A stretch of DNA of 62,196 nucleotides from Candidatus Levybacteria bacterium RIFCSPLOWO2_12_FULL_39_17. GTDB lineage: Bacteria > Patescibacteriota > Microgenomatia > Levybacterales > GWA1-39-11. Location: the NCBI GenBank assembly GCA_001782675.1, contig MFPJ01000035.1, forward strand, positions 1-62,196, in the 5' to 3' direction. Below the pieces are notes generated by a model. The model worked only from the letters and a program-made list of their open reading frames with translations, was not told the origin of the DNA and made no database searches. Both the position numbers and the translations under genes were made by a program. Positions within the stretch are counted from its first letter, which is position 1, and every line of letters starts with the position of its first letter. Below, one piece after another: positions 21,552-29,827 of this stretch.

Positions 21552-22193
21552 ATGGAATATCTAAAAAAATATTACATAAAGTACAAAAAACAGATATTGC
21601 CCCTGATATTTTTATCCTTGTCTTTTTTCCTTATTTTTAGAGTGATTCTTCCTCAAATTTCAGCGATTTCCGAGTCAAATCAATTAATTTCAAGTAAGAC
21701 TTCACAAATAGATACTTTACAAAAAACGCTTTCGGTTGTTTCCTCGCAGAATGATTCATTAACGGAGGAGCAGCTGGGCACCGCAACGAAAGCTCTTCCG
21801 GGAATAAAAGATATAGTAATAATTTTTGAGGCCTTGACATCCGCGGCGGGAGCCTCACGAACCGAGCTTCGTGAGTTTTCTCTTAAAGTGGGAGGAGTAT
21901 ATGGGAGAGCGGCAAAAGTGACAGGATTTGTAAAAGGAGTGCCGTCAATAAGCGTCACTACGAGGATATCAGGAGATCCTCTTGGTTTGATTAGGTTTTC
22001 AAAAGAAGCCCAGGAAAGATTGCCGCTTGCGGAAGTAAAAACAGTCGATACAAATAAGGATACCGGGACTTTCGAAATTGATTTTTTCTATAAACCTTAT
22101 GATATTACGGCAATTGCGAAATCGGACAAGGTTAGTCCCCTAACACAAGCAGACTTAAATCTTTTAAGTCAGCTAAAAGAGTGGGACAAATAA
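21552..22193 (+). CDS. pilO: PilO-like bitopic pilus alignment protein
   Basis: The internal Met (MEYLKKYY) just after the pilN stop is preferred over the track start at 21525. One TM helix plus a coiled coil. Assigned by position. Confidence 0.45.
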   Translation: MEYLKKYYIKYKKQILPLIFLSLSFFLIFRVILPQISAISESNQLISSKTSQIDTLQKTLSVVSSQNDSLTEEQLGTATKALPGIKDIVIIFEALTSAAGASRTELREFSLKVGGVYGRAAKVTGFVKGVPSISVTTRISGDPLGLIRFSKEAQERLPLAEVKTVDTNKDTGTFEIDFFYKPYDITAIAKSDKVSPLTQADLNLLSQLKEWDK

Positions 22194-22252
22194 ATATAAA
22201 AAATACAATATAAAATATTAAATATAAATAGAAAATATTTTATTTTTTATCT

Positions 22253-22948
22253 TTAATTTTTTATTTTCCTGAGGATGTCCGGTCTTCTTTTTTTTGTTAT
22301 TTCCTGGGCTTTTTTAATCCTGTATTCCTCTATTTTTTTAAAGTTCCCGGAAAGAAGTTCCTTTGGAACTGCCCGATTCTTATATTTTGGCGGTCTTGTA
22401 TAATGAGGATATTCAAGTATTCTAAGATTGTCTATTTTAGTGAAGGATTCAAAGCTTGTTGCTTCGGCTTTCTTTAGTACTCCCGGAATAAGCCTGGCAA
22501 TTGTATCTATCATTACCATCGCGGCGATCTCTCCCCCGGATAAAATATAATCTCCAATAGAGATTTCATAATCAACTAAGCTTCTTACCCGCTCATCTAC
22601 TCCCTCATAATGACCGCATACGAGAATTATATGGTCAAATTTTGAAAAAAACTCAGCCCTTTTTTGATGATAAGGTTCTCCTTTTGGGTCAAGAAGGATT
22701 GCTACCTCTTTTCCATGCTTTTGCCGAGCAGATTGTATTGCATGATCCAAAACATCCACCCGTAAAACCATTCCTGCTCCTCCGCCATATGGTCTATCGT
22801 CCACAACCTTATGCTTTCCTATTCCGAAATCCCGCAAGTTCAGGAGTTTTATCTTTAATTTATTTTCTTCCTGAGCCCTTTTTAAGATGGATACTGAAAA
22901 AACCTGTTCAAATACCTGAGGAAAAAGAGTAATAATGGTTATTTGCAT
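22253..22948 (-). CDS. trmD: tRNA (guanine37-N1)-methyltransferase
   Basis: 231 aa. Contains VDDRPYGGGAGMVL and GHYEGVDERV motifs and the SIGDYILSGGE trefoil-knot region. Confidence 0.92.
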   Translation of the reverse strand: MQITIITLFPQVFEQVFSVSILKRAQEENKLKIKLLNLRDFGIGKHKVVDDRPYGGGAGMVLRVDVLDHAIQSARQKHGKEVAILLDPKGEPYHQKRAEFFSKFDHIILVCGHYEGVDERVRSLVDYEISIGDYILSGGEIAAMVMIDTIARLIPGVLKKAEATSFESFTKIDNLRILEYPHYTRPPKYKNRAVPKELLSGNFKKIEEYRIKKAQEITKKRRPDILRKIKN

Positions 22949-22953
22949 TGGGC

Positions 22954-23181
22954 TTAAGCTTCATTTATCTGAACATCTATCCGGACGCCTTCTTTGATTG
23001 CCATTATCTTTATAATATTTTTAATTGCATTAATTGTTTTTCCCCCACGACCGATGACTATGCCTACCTGATCCTTTGGGATTTTAACGGAAAAAACAAC
23101 AAATCCATTCTCTCTGCTTTCTTGAATTTCCGCGGAGTTGCCTGTTATACCGGTTATGATGTAAGAAAGAAGATCTTGCAT
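22954..23181 (-). CDS. KH-domain RNA-binding protein (YlqC/UPF0109-like)
   Basis: 75 aa with IGRGGKTINAIKNI (GxxG KH motif). Conserved position between rpsP and trmD. Confidence 0.8.
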   Translation of the reverse strand: MQDLLSYIITGITGNSAEIQESRENGFVVFSVKIPKDQVGIVIGRGGKTINAIKNIIKIMAIKEGVRIDVQINEA

Positions 23182-23183
23182 AT

Positions 23184-23414
23184 TTATTCAGAAATTATTT
23201 TTTCAACAGCAGGTGATAATTGGGCGCCCTTTGATTTCCAATATGACAACTTCTCAAGATCAATATCCTTAATGCTTTTACTGCCTGTGCTCTTTTCATA
23301 AAAACCAATGAAATCAACTGCCGCGCCGTCTCTTTTACTTCTTTTTTCTTTAACAACTACCCTATATTTTGCCTCCCCTTTTCTTCCGATCCGGGATAAT
23401 CTTATAACCAACAT
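23184..23414 (-). CDS. rpsP: 30S ribosomal protein S16
   Basis: MLVIRLSRIGRKGEAKYRVVV is the canonical S16 N-terminus. The internal Met is preferred over the track start at 23432. Confidence 0.9.
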   Translation of the reverse strand: MLVIRLSRIGRKGEAKYRVVVKEKRSKRDGAAVDFIGFYEKSTGSKSIKDIDLEKLSYWKSKGAQLSPAVEKIISE

Positions 23415-23456
23415 AACGCAATAGTTTAACATTTTCAGCCTTCTTAGTCAATCTGT

Positions 23457-24122
23457 TTAGGATCTTAGCGAGAGGTTTTCGAGAGCTTGCTTTGCGGCGG
23501 ACTTTTCTGCTTCCTGTTTGGAATGACCAAAACCTTCTGCCAGAAGCTTCTCGCCAAGATAAACCCCGATGGTATAGAATTTACTGTGATCCGGACCCTC
23601 CTCTTTTATTGTTATATAGCTTGGTGAAATTTTGTATTTCTCTTGCAATTCTTCCTGGAGTTTGCTTTTAGGGTCTTTTAGACCTTTGTTTTCAATAATG
23701 CCCTCTGCTTTATCCAGGATATTTTCCTCAATAAATTCGCTTGCTTTTTCAAGCCCCTGGTCAATATAGATACCGCCAATTATTGCTTCAAGGGTATCTG
23801 CCAGAATTGTTTTATTTTCCCGTCCCCCCGACTGCTCCTCGCCTTTCGACAATTTCAGTGCCTGTCCCAACCCAAGTTCTTTTGATATCTCATAAAGCGT
23901 CTCGGTATTTGTCAGTACAGACCTTATATTCGTGAGTTCTCCTTCTTTTAAATCCTTATGCTTGATGAAAATATGAGAGGAAACAACAAATGAGAGAATA
24001 CTGTCCCCCAAAAACTCGAGTCTTTCATTTGATTCAATATTCTCCTGAGTTTCATTAAGATACGATCTATGAATGAAAACCTGTTTGAATAATTTTTGAT
24101 CCTTAAACTTTGGTATGTTCAT
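23457..24122 (-). CDS. rnc: ribonuclease III
   Basis: 221 aa. RNase III signature NERLEFLGDSIL plus a C-terminal dsRBD (GPDHSKFYTIGVYL ... AEKSAAKQAL). Confidence 0.92.
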   Translation of the reverse strand: MNIPKFKDQKLFKQVFIHRSYLNETQENIESNERLEFLGDSILSFVVSSHIFIKHKDLKEGELTNIRSVLTNTETLYEISKELGLGQALKLSKGEEQSGGRENKTILADTLEAIIGGIYIDQGLEKASEFIEENILDKAEGIIENKGLKDPKSKLQEELQEKYKISPSYITIKEEGPDHSKFYTIGVYLGEKLLAEGFGHSKQEAEKSAAKQALENLSLRS

Positions 24123-24480
24123 ATTTTGAAATGTCTTTAATAAGTTTGCCTAAGGCTCCATTTATAAAGCCGGCAGAATGCTCTCCGCCAAATTCTTTTG
24201 CAAGTTCTATTGCTTCATCAATTATAACTTTTTTGGGTTGAGTTTTGTCTATTAAAATCTCATAAACCCCAAGTCTTAAAATTGCCAGGTCTACCCTATT
24301 AATTTTTTCAATCGGAAATTCAGGCGCTATGTCATTTATGACGGAGTCTATTTTTGCTAAATTACTTATGATTTTTTTAATTTTCTGATTTTTTTTGCCT
24401 TGTTCTATAAAACTCTCCGCAAACAATGCCCGAACCGCATTCTGTCTTACTTTGTGCCGGGGATCTCTTGAGGTTTTCAT
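24103..24480 (-). CDS. nusB: transcription antitermination factor NusB
   Basis: 125-aa all-helical protein. LAILRLGVYEIL and FINGALGKL are NusB-like. Confidence 0.8.
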   Translation of the reverse strand: MKTSRDPRHKVRQNAVRALFAESFIEQGKKNQKIKKIISNLAKIDSVINDIAPEFPIEKINRVDLAILRLGVYEILIDKTQPKKVIIDEAIELAKEFGGEHSAGFINGALGKLIKDISKYEHTKV

Positions 24481-24550
24481 ACTTTGGAAATAGTTAAATA
24501 GTTGAATGGTTAAAATGGTTTTAAACCATTTAACAATTTAGCCATTTTAA

Positions 24551-24727
24551 CTATTTTGTTATTACCAACTTCCCCTTATAATAGCCGCACGCGCCGCAAA
24601 CTCTGTGCGGTATGATAGTTGAGCCGCAATTTTTGCAGATTGCAATAGTTGGCAAATCAAACTTAATGCTTGCCCTTCTCTTGCCCTTTCTTTGTCTGGA
24701 ATGTCTTCTCTTTGGTTCGTGCGGCAT
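24551..24727 (-). CDS. rpmF: 50S ribosomal protein L32
   Basis: Below the ORF-track size cut-off. My own translation gives MPHEPKRRHSRQRKGKRRASIKFDLPTIAICKNCGSTIIPHRVCGACGYYKGKLVITK (58 aa): basic N-terminus plus a CxxC...CxxC zinc ribbon typical of L32. Confidence 0.85.
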   Translation of the reverse strand: MPHEPKRRHSRQRKGKRRASIKFDLPTIAICKNCGSTIIPHRVCGACGYYKGKLVITK

Positions 24728-24835
24728 ATTAATAAGTTACGCTCTCTTCATCAACCGTCATTATTATATTTGATTTTATTAAAAATCGCAAGGTAATAAC
24801 CCTTTAATTACTAAGATTTGAGTAGTAATTTTTTC

Positions 24836-24859
24836 ATCCAGTTGACTGGACAACTGGAT
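24836..24859. promoter_or_regulatory. 24-nt palindrome ATCCAGTTG-actgga-CAACTGGAT (same family as 46271 and 46725)
   Basis: Perfect 9-bp arms with a 6-nt spacer. Lies between the recG stop and the rpmF start. Confidence 0.5.
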
Positions 24860-24894
24860 TACTTGATAAAAGTTTAGTTTTTTGATAGCGATAT

Positions 24895-26934
24895 TTAGTC
24901 TTTGGAGATTTTTTGGATAACAGTTTCTTCGATCTTCTTTTTAAGTTGGGGATATTTATCTAAATCCCAAAAGACATTCTCTGCTTCCTTTCTTGATGCG
25001 CTTATTATGGCAAAATCGGAAAACGAGGCAATTTTAAGTTCGGGAATTCCATGCTGCATTGTGCCAAACATCTCCCCCGGTCCCCTTAATTTTAAATCTG
25101 CTTCCGCAAGTTTTGCCCCCTCATTTAAGGTCTGCAGAAGCGTCAGCCGTTCCCTGGTTTTTTCAGAATTTGAACCCGAAAAAAGAAGACAAAAAGACTC
25201 TTTTTCTCCTCTCCCAACGCGTCCGCGAAGCTGATGAAGCTGGGCAAGACCAAACCGTTCCGCCGCTTCAATAACAATGATATCGGCAGTAGGTATATCA
25301 ATCCCCACTTCAATTACCGGAGTTGCTACCAGGACATTAATTTTCTCTTCCCGGAAATCTTTGATAACTTTATCTTTTTCTCCCGCCTTCATTTTTCCAT
25401 GCAAAAGCCCAAGTTTTAGGCCGGGAAAAACATCTTTTCTAAGCCGGTCGAATTCTTCTTTCGCCGCCGCGACCGTATTCAGAGTTTCGGAGGGTTCAAT
25501 AAATGGACAAACAATAAATACTTGACTTTTTTCTTTTTTTACTTTTTCCTGAATCCATCTGTATCCGTTTTCTCTTTTTTCTTCAGGGATAAGCCATGTT
25601 TTAATTTTTTTCCTTCCTTTTGGCATTTCGGAAAGTATAGACAAAGCTAAATCTGCGTAAATTGTTAAGAATATTGTTCGAGGAATGGGCGTTGCGGTCA
25701 TAGTCAAAAGATGAGGGTTTTTACCTTTTTCCCGAATTATTGCCCTCTGCTCTACTCCAAACCTTTGCTGTTCGTCAATTACTACCAGACCGAGCCTTTC
25801 GAATTTTACTTTACCGTGAATTAAGGCATGAGTGCCGATGGCAATATCGAAAGATTGATGATTTATGATTGATGATTTATGATTTTTTGTCGAACTGGTG
25901 AATAGTTCGACTTTGACTCTAAAGGGTTCGAGAATTGAAGTTATAGTTTCGAAATGTTGCTGAGCAAGTATTTCCGTCGGAGCCATCATGGCCGATTGAA
26001 ATCCATTAAGATAGGCTAAATACATTGCAATCGCGGCAACTATTGTTTTTCCTGAACCCACATCCCCCTCAAGAAGTCTGTTCATGGGAGTTTCTTTTTT
26101 TAGATCCTCACAAATTTCGGCAATTGCCTTTTTCTGTGATGTTGTAAGCTCAAAGGGAAGATTTTTTATTAGTTCATCAATTTTATTTCGATTTGAATCG
26201 ATATCAAAAGGAACGGCAATTTCCTCTGATTCCCATTCCTTTTTTCTTATTAAACTTGCCGTATGTTTAAGAAATAGTTCATCAAAAGCAAGTCTTGCGC
26301 GAGCCGCCTCCGCATCCTTTATGCTTTTTGGAAAATGAATATTCTTGATGGCATCGGAAATACCTATCAGTCTACGCTTTCTTATAATTTCCTGGGGCAA
26401 ATACTCCTTAATCTCAAGATCTTTTGAAAGCAAATTTTTTATTCTATTGCGAATCCATTTTGAGGTAAGTCCTCGAGTTTCGAAATAGATAGGGACGAGC
26501 CTACCTGTATGAAATGTGTCTGCAAGCTCATCCGGGAGAACTTCATAACCTCGCACCGCAAGAGTAGTTTTGCGACCAAACTTATCAGCCTTTCCGGCAG
26601 CGCTTAGGAAATCTCCCTTCTTTATGCTTTTCAAAATATAAGGCTGGTTAAAAAAAATGCAATCAATCTTGCCCGTTTCATCTTCAACCGTCAGTTTTTG
26701 TATTGATAAATGTTTTTTTGTGTATATATTTGTTGTATTAACAACCCTTCCTTTAATTGTTACAGTCTCGCCGGCTTGCAAAACCCCAATTTTGGAAACA
26801 ATAGAGGAATTTTCATATCTAAACGGGGTATAAAAAAGGAGATCCTGAACGCTTTCGATCTCAAGCCTCGATAACCTTTTCGCATTGAATTTAAATGTTG
26901 CCCCGAGCGACCTTAAGGGAGTTTTTAAATCCAT
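24895..26934 (-). CDS. recG: ATP-dependent DNA helicase RecG
   Basis: 679 aa. N-terminal OB wedge, helicase motifs GDVGSGKT, DEQQRFG and TATPIPRT, and QLRGRVGRG. Confidence 0.93.
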   Translation of the reverse strand: MDLKTPLRSLGATFKFNAKRLSRLEIESVQDLLFYTPFRYENSSIVSKIGVLQAGETVTIKGRVVNTTNIYTKKHLSIQKLTVEDETGKIDCIFFNQPYILKSIKKGDFLSAAGKADKFGRKTTLAVRGYEVLPDELADTFHTGRLVPIYFETRGLTSKWIRNRIKNLLSKDLEIKEYLPQEIIRKRRLIGISDAIKNIHFPKSIKDAEAARARLAFDELFLKHTASLIRKKEWESEEIAVPFDIDSNRNKIDELIKNLPFELTTSQKKAIAEICEDLKKETPMNRLLEGDVGSGKTIVAAIAMYLAYLNGFQSAMMAPTEILAQQHFETITSILEPFRVKVELFTSSTKNHKSSIINHQSFDIAIGTHALIHGKVKFERLGLVVIDEQQRFGVEQRAIIREKGKNPHLLTMTATPIPRTIFLTIYADLALSILSEMPKGRKKIKTWLIPEEKRENGYRWIQEKVKKEKSQVFIVCPFIEPSETLNTVAAAKEEFDRLRKDVFPGLKLGLLHGKMKAGEKDKVIKDFREEKINVLVATPVIEVGIDIPTADIIVIEAAERFGLAQLHQLRGRVGRGEKESFCLLFSGSNSEKTRERLTLLQTLNEGAKLAEADLKLRGPGEMFGTMQHGIPELKIASFSDFAIISASRKEAENVFWDLDKYPQLKKKIEETVIQKISKD
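25853..25887. repeat. GATTGAT/GATTTAT heptamer array inside recG
   Basis: Units gattgat gatttat gattgat gatttat gattttt. Encodes KNHKSSIINHQS between helicase motifs I and II. Confidence 0.75.
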
Positions 26935-27081
26935 AAATTAAGATAAGAATAGAGGAAGGAGCGCACTAATAAGTATTGCCAGAGAAGCAATGATTATGAA
27001 AATTTTAAAAATCCACTTATGTCTCCTCATCGCCTCCATACAAAATATATTACCAGATTTTGTTTCGAGAATAAACTTCTT

Positions 27082-27130
27082 CAGGTGTCAACGATAAACA
27101 CCTTCGGGGTGTCTTACGATTGCACCTGAG
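27082..27130 (+). repeat. REP-like double-hairpin repeat, copy 2
   Basis: Sequence caggtgtcaacgataaacaccttcggggtgtcttacgattgcacctgag. Abuts the purD stop codon. Confidence 0.8.
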
Positions 27131-28486
27131 TCATTGCAAAGATTTTTGTCTGAGTCTTTCCACATCCCGCCACCCAATATCTGTTCTAAATCTTACATTT
27201 TCTCCGTCCATTCCTTCTACAATTTCTAAGACAACGCTAAGTTTTTCTCTTGCTTCAAGAACATCTATTTCTTCTGTCATAATATAAAACAATCTTCCGC
27301 CTGCGATATAATGTTTGCTCTCTTCCATTTTGATCCCAGCACCATAAATATTTATTCCATCAAGTCTTCTCAATTCTGGCAAGCTTTTAACCTCTTTATT
27401 TCGCACTGCTTTGTAGCTTCGTGGATATCCTCTTGATGCAACTGCGACGACTACCCTAACCTTGCCATCATTTCTAATGTCAAGTCCGCTTATATCTCCG
27501 TCTACTATTGCATCTCCCAACTCCAGTAAGTCGATATTTAATCCCGGGAGAATTACCTGGGCTTCAGGGTCGCCAAGTCTTGCATTCCATTCAAGTAAGA
27601 ATTGTTTTAAGCGATCGTTTCCTATCGGTATAGCCATACCACCATGGAATATCCAGCCCCTATAGGGATTCCCTTCTTCTCTTTTCGCTGCTAGCATTTT
27701 ACTAATATTTGATTCGGTCCCTTCCTGCAAGACAACATCTCGCATTAGTAAGGGATTGGAAACAGCTCCCATTCCTCCTGTCATGTCCCCTTTATCGCCG
27801 TCCTTTTCATGTTTGTGATCCTGAGCGCTTCCAACAACGATAAAATTTGTACCGTCTGAAACCGCAAACGTTGAGGACTCTTCACCCACAAGAGCTTTTT
27901 CTATAAGAAATCTTTCGGAAGCCATTGGGTGTTCTTTCTTTAATCTTTTGATTGCATCCAGGGCTTCCTGTTTATTACTCGCGCGAATCGAACCTTTCCC
28001 CTCGGCAAGACCAGTAGCTTTCACGAACATCTTTCGCTCAGGCATTTTATCAAGCCACCCTTCTGCTTCTCTTATAGTTGAAAACGCAACCCAGTCAGGT
28101 TGAGGAATTTCTGCCGTGTCCCCCAATCTTCTTGCATATTCCTTATCCCACTCTATTCTTCCCGCAACAGAAGTTGGTCCAATAACTTTTATTCCATGAA
28201 GAAAGGCGGCATCACTCACTCCTGCCTGAACAGCATTGTCCTGACATATATCGATGTGAGTCACACCGTTTTCCTTGGAAAGAGCTATTATTTGATCAAC
28301 ATCCGAAGTTTTTATACCTGGAAAGAGCGCTACTCGGTCACTTCTTTCTTCTGCCATCATGTCATTTCCTGGGAAAACAAGAACTTTTTCTACGTGGGGA
28401 CTTTTTAAGTAAGCCTCAACTATGACAGAGCCTCTTCCGCCACCGTCAGTTACTGCAACTACTGCCTTTCTTTCTTGCGTTGCCAT
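27131..28486 (-). CDS. purD: phosphoribosylamine--glycine ligase (ATP-grasp)
   Basis: 451 aa. The N-terminus VAVTDGGGRGSVIVEAYLKSPHVEKVLVFPGND parallels PurD (GxGGREHA ... PGN). ATP-grasp core FVKATGLAEGKG. Confidence 0.8.
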   Translation of the reverse strand: MATQERKAVVAVTDGGGRGSVIVEAYLKSPHVEKVLVFPGNDMMAEERSDRVALFPGIKTSDVDQIIALSKENGVTHIDICQDNAVQAGVSDAAFLHGIKVIGPTSVAGRIEWDKEYARRLGDTAEIPQPDWVAFSTIREAEGWLDKMPERKMFVKATGLAEGKGSIRASNKQEALDAIKRLKKEHPMASERFLIEKALVGEESSTFAVSDGTNFIVVGSAQDHKHEKDGDKGDMTGGMGAVSNPLLMRDVVLQEGTESNISKMLAAKREEGNPYRGWIFHGGMAIPIGNDRLKQFLLEWNARLGDPEAQVILPGLNIDLLELGDAIVDGDISGLDIRNDGKVRVVVAVASRGYPRSYKAVRNKEVKSLPELRRLDGINIYGAGIKMEESKHYIAGGRLFYIMTEEIDVLEAREKLSVVLEIVEGMDGENVRFRTDIGWRDVERLRQKSLQ

Positions 28487-28516
28487 AAGGAGATTATATT
28501 ATTGTGATTCGGAAAA

Positions 28517-29746
28517 TCAAGAAGAAATTTTGATCCTGATGAAGTTGCGTTTGCCGCACTTTATGAGCATGTTGTCTTCTGGGATTATTTCTTCGAACGG
28601 TGAATCGACAACATCAGAGTCTATTTCGACTGCAGCTTGTCCAACCAGTCTTTTTGCTTCCGATTTACTTCCAACAAGCCCTGTTTTAACCAACAGATCC
28701 GTGATTACCAAATGTTCATCCGGTTTCATTTCGAAAATTGGAATATCTTCCGGCAGTTCTTTTTTCTGAACTGTTCTCTCGAAATATTCCTGTGCCTCAC
28801 GAGCTTCTTTTTCCGAATAAAGCCCAGAAACTATTGTTCGTGCCAACTCTTTTTTGACTTCGATTGGATTCTCCCCTTCTTTCAAGCGTTGTTCGATTTT
28901 TTCGATCTCCTCATTCGATAATTGCGTTGCAAGCGTAAAGTATTGAATAATTAAATCGTCATTTATTGCCATAATTTTGACAACCATGTCTCGGGCTGAA
29001 TCATCCAACCAAATTGCATTTCCCCAAGTCTTGCTCATTTTCCGGCCGTCTGTTCCCATCAGAAATTCGGTAGACATGACAAACGATTCCTTGTTTCGCA
29101 ATAATTTTTGAAGGTGACGGCCCGCCTGCATATTAAATGTTTGATCAGTTCCGCCGATTTGAATATCAGTATCCATAAAGTAACTGTCATATCCCTGCAT
29201 AACGGGGTATAAAACTTCATGAAGGCCGACTTTCCCATCACCAGCTAGCCTCCTCTTTATTAGTTCGCGACTATTAAAATCTCCAAGCGAGAACTTTTGT
29301 GTAAGTTCAACAACATCTTTAAATCCAAGTTTTGAGAGCCACTCACTATTGTGACGAACTATAATTTTTGAGAAATCGAGAATCTTTTCTGCTTGTTTTT
29401 TGTAGGTTTTAAAGTTTTCTTCGATTTCTTCCGAAGTTAAAATAGGGCGCTCGGAATCTTTATCGGATGTGTCTCCAATTAAGGCCGTAAAATCCCCGAT
29501 TAATAAAGTTACGCTATGTCCAAGTTCTGCGAATTTTTGAAGCTTTATTAATGGAACAGCGTGCCCAAGATGTATTCTTGGAGCAGTAGGATCAATTCCC
29601 AAGTATACATTTAATTTTTTTCCCGAATTCAAAACCCTCTCTAGCTCAATTTTGTTTGGGATGATATTTGCCACGCCTCTTGTTAGTATCCTGTTTATTT
29701 TGTCAACCATTGCACTTATTATACGGGTAATTAATAAGGCTTTCAA
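28517..29746 (-). CDS. tyrS: tyrosine--tRNA ligase
   Basis: HIGH-type motif (IDPTAPRIHLGH), KMSKS-type motif (RKMSKT) and a C-terminal S4 domain. The start may instead be the internal Met (MVDKINR). Confidence 0.92.
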   Translation of the reverse strand: MKALLITRIISAMVDKINRILTRGVANIIPNKIELERVLNSGKKLNVYLGIDPTAPRIHLGHAVPLIKLQKFAELGHSVTLLIGDFTALIGDTSDKDSERPILTSEEIEENFKTYKKQAEKILDFSKIIVRHNSEWLSKLGFKDVVELTQKFSLGDFNSRELIKRRLAGDGKVGLHEVLYPVMQGYDSYFMDTDIQIGGTDQTFNMQAGRHLQKLLRNKESFVMSTEFLMGTDGRKMSKTWGNAIWLDDSARDMVVKIMAINDDLIIQYFTLATQLSNEEIEKIEQRLKEGENPIEVKKELARTIVSGLYSEKEAREAQEYFERTVQKKELPEDIPIFEMKPDEHLVITDLLVKTGLVGSKSEAKRLVGQAAVEIDSDVVDSPFEEIIPEDNMLIKCGKRNFIRIKISS

Positions 29747-29791
29747 TCCCGATTGGTGTCGATTGAATCGGGATCAAATAGGAGCCTGTTT

Positions 29792-29820
29792 TGATTTAAG
29801 AATTCTTGACTGGTATAATT
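29792..29820 (+). promoter_or_regulatory. sigma-70-like promoter of the PBP gene
   Basis: TTGATT (29792-97), 17-nt spacer, TATAAT (29815-20). The ATG at 29828 is 7 nt after the -10 box. Confidence 0.45.
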
Positions 29821-29827
29821 ATCGCAA

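Noticed and set aside
26938-27030. 30-aa hydrophobic ORF (MRRHKWIFKIFIIIASLAILISALLPLFLS) just upstream of recG
   Set aside because: It is plausible as a small membrane peptide, but it is too short to support from sequence alone.
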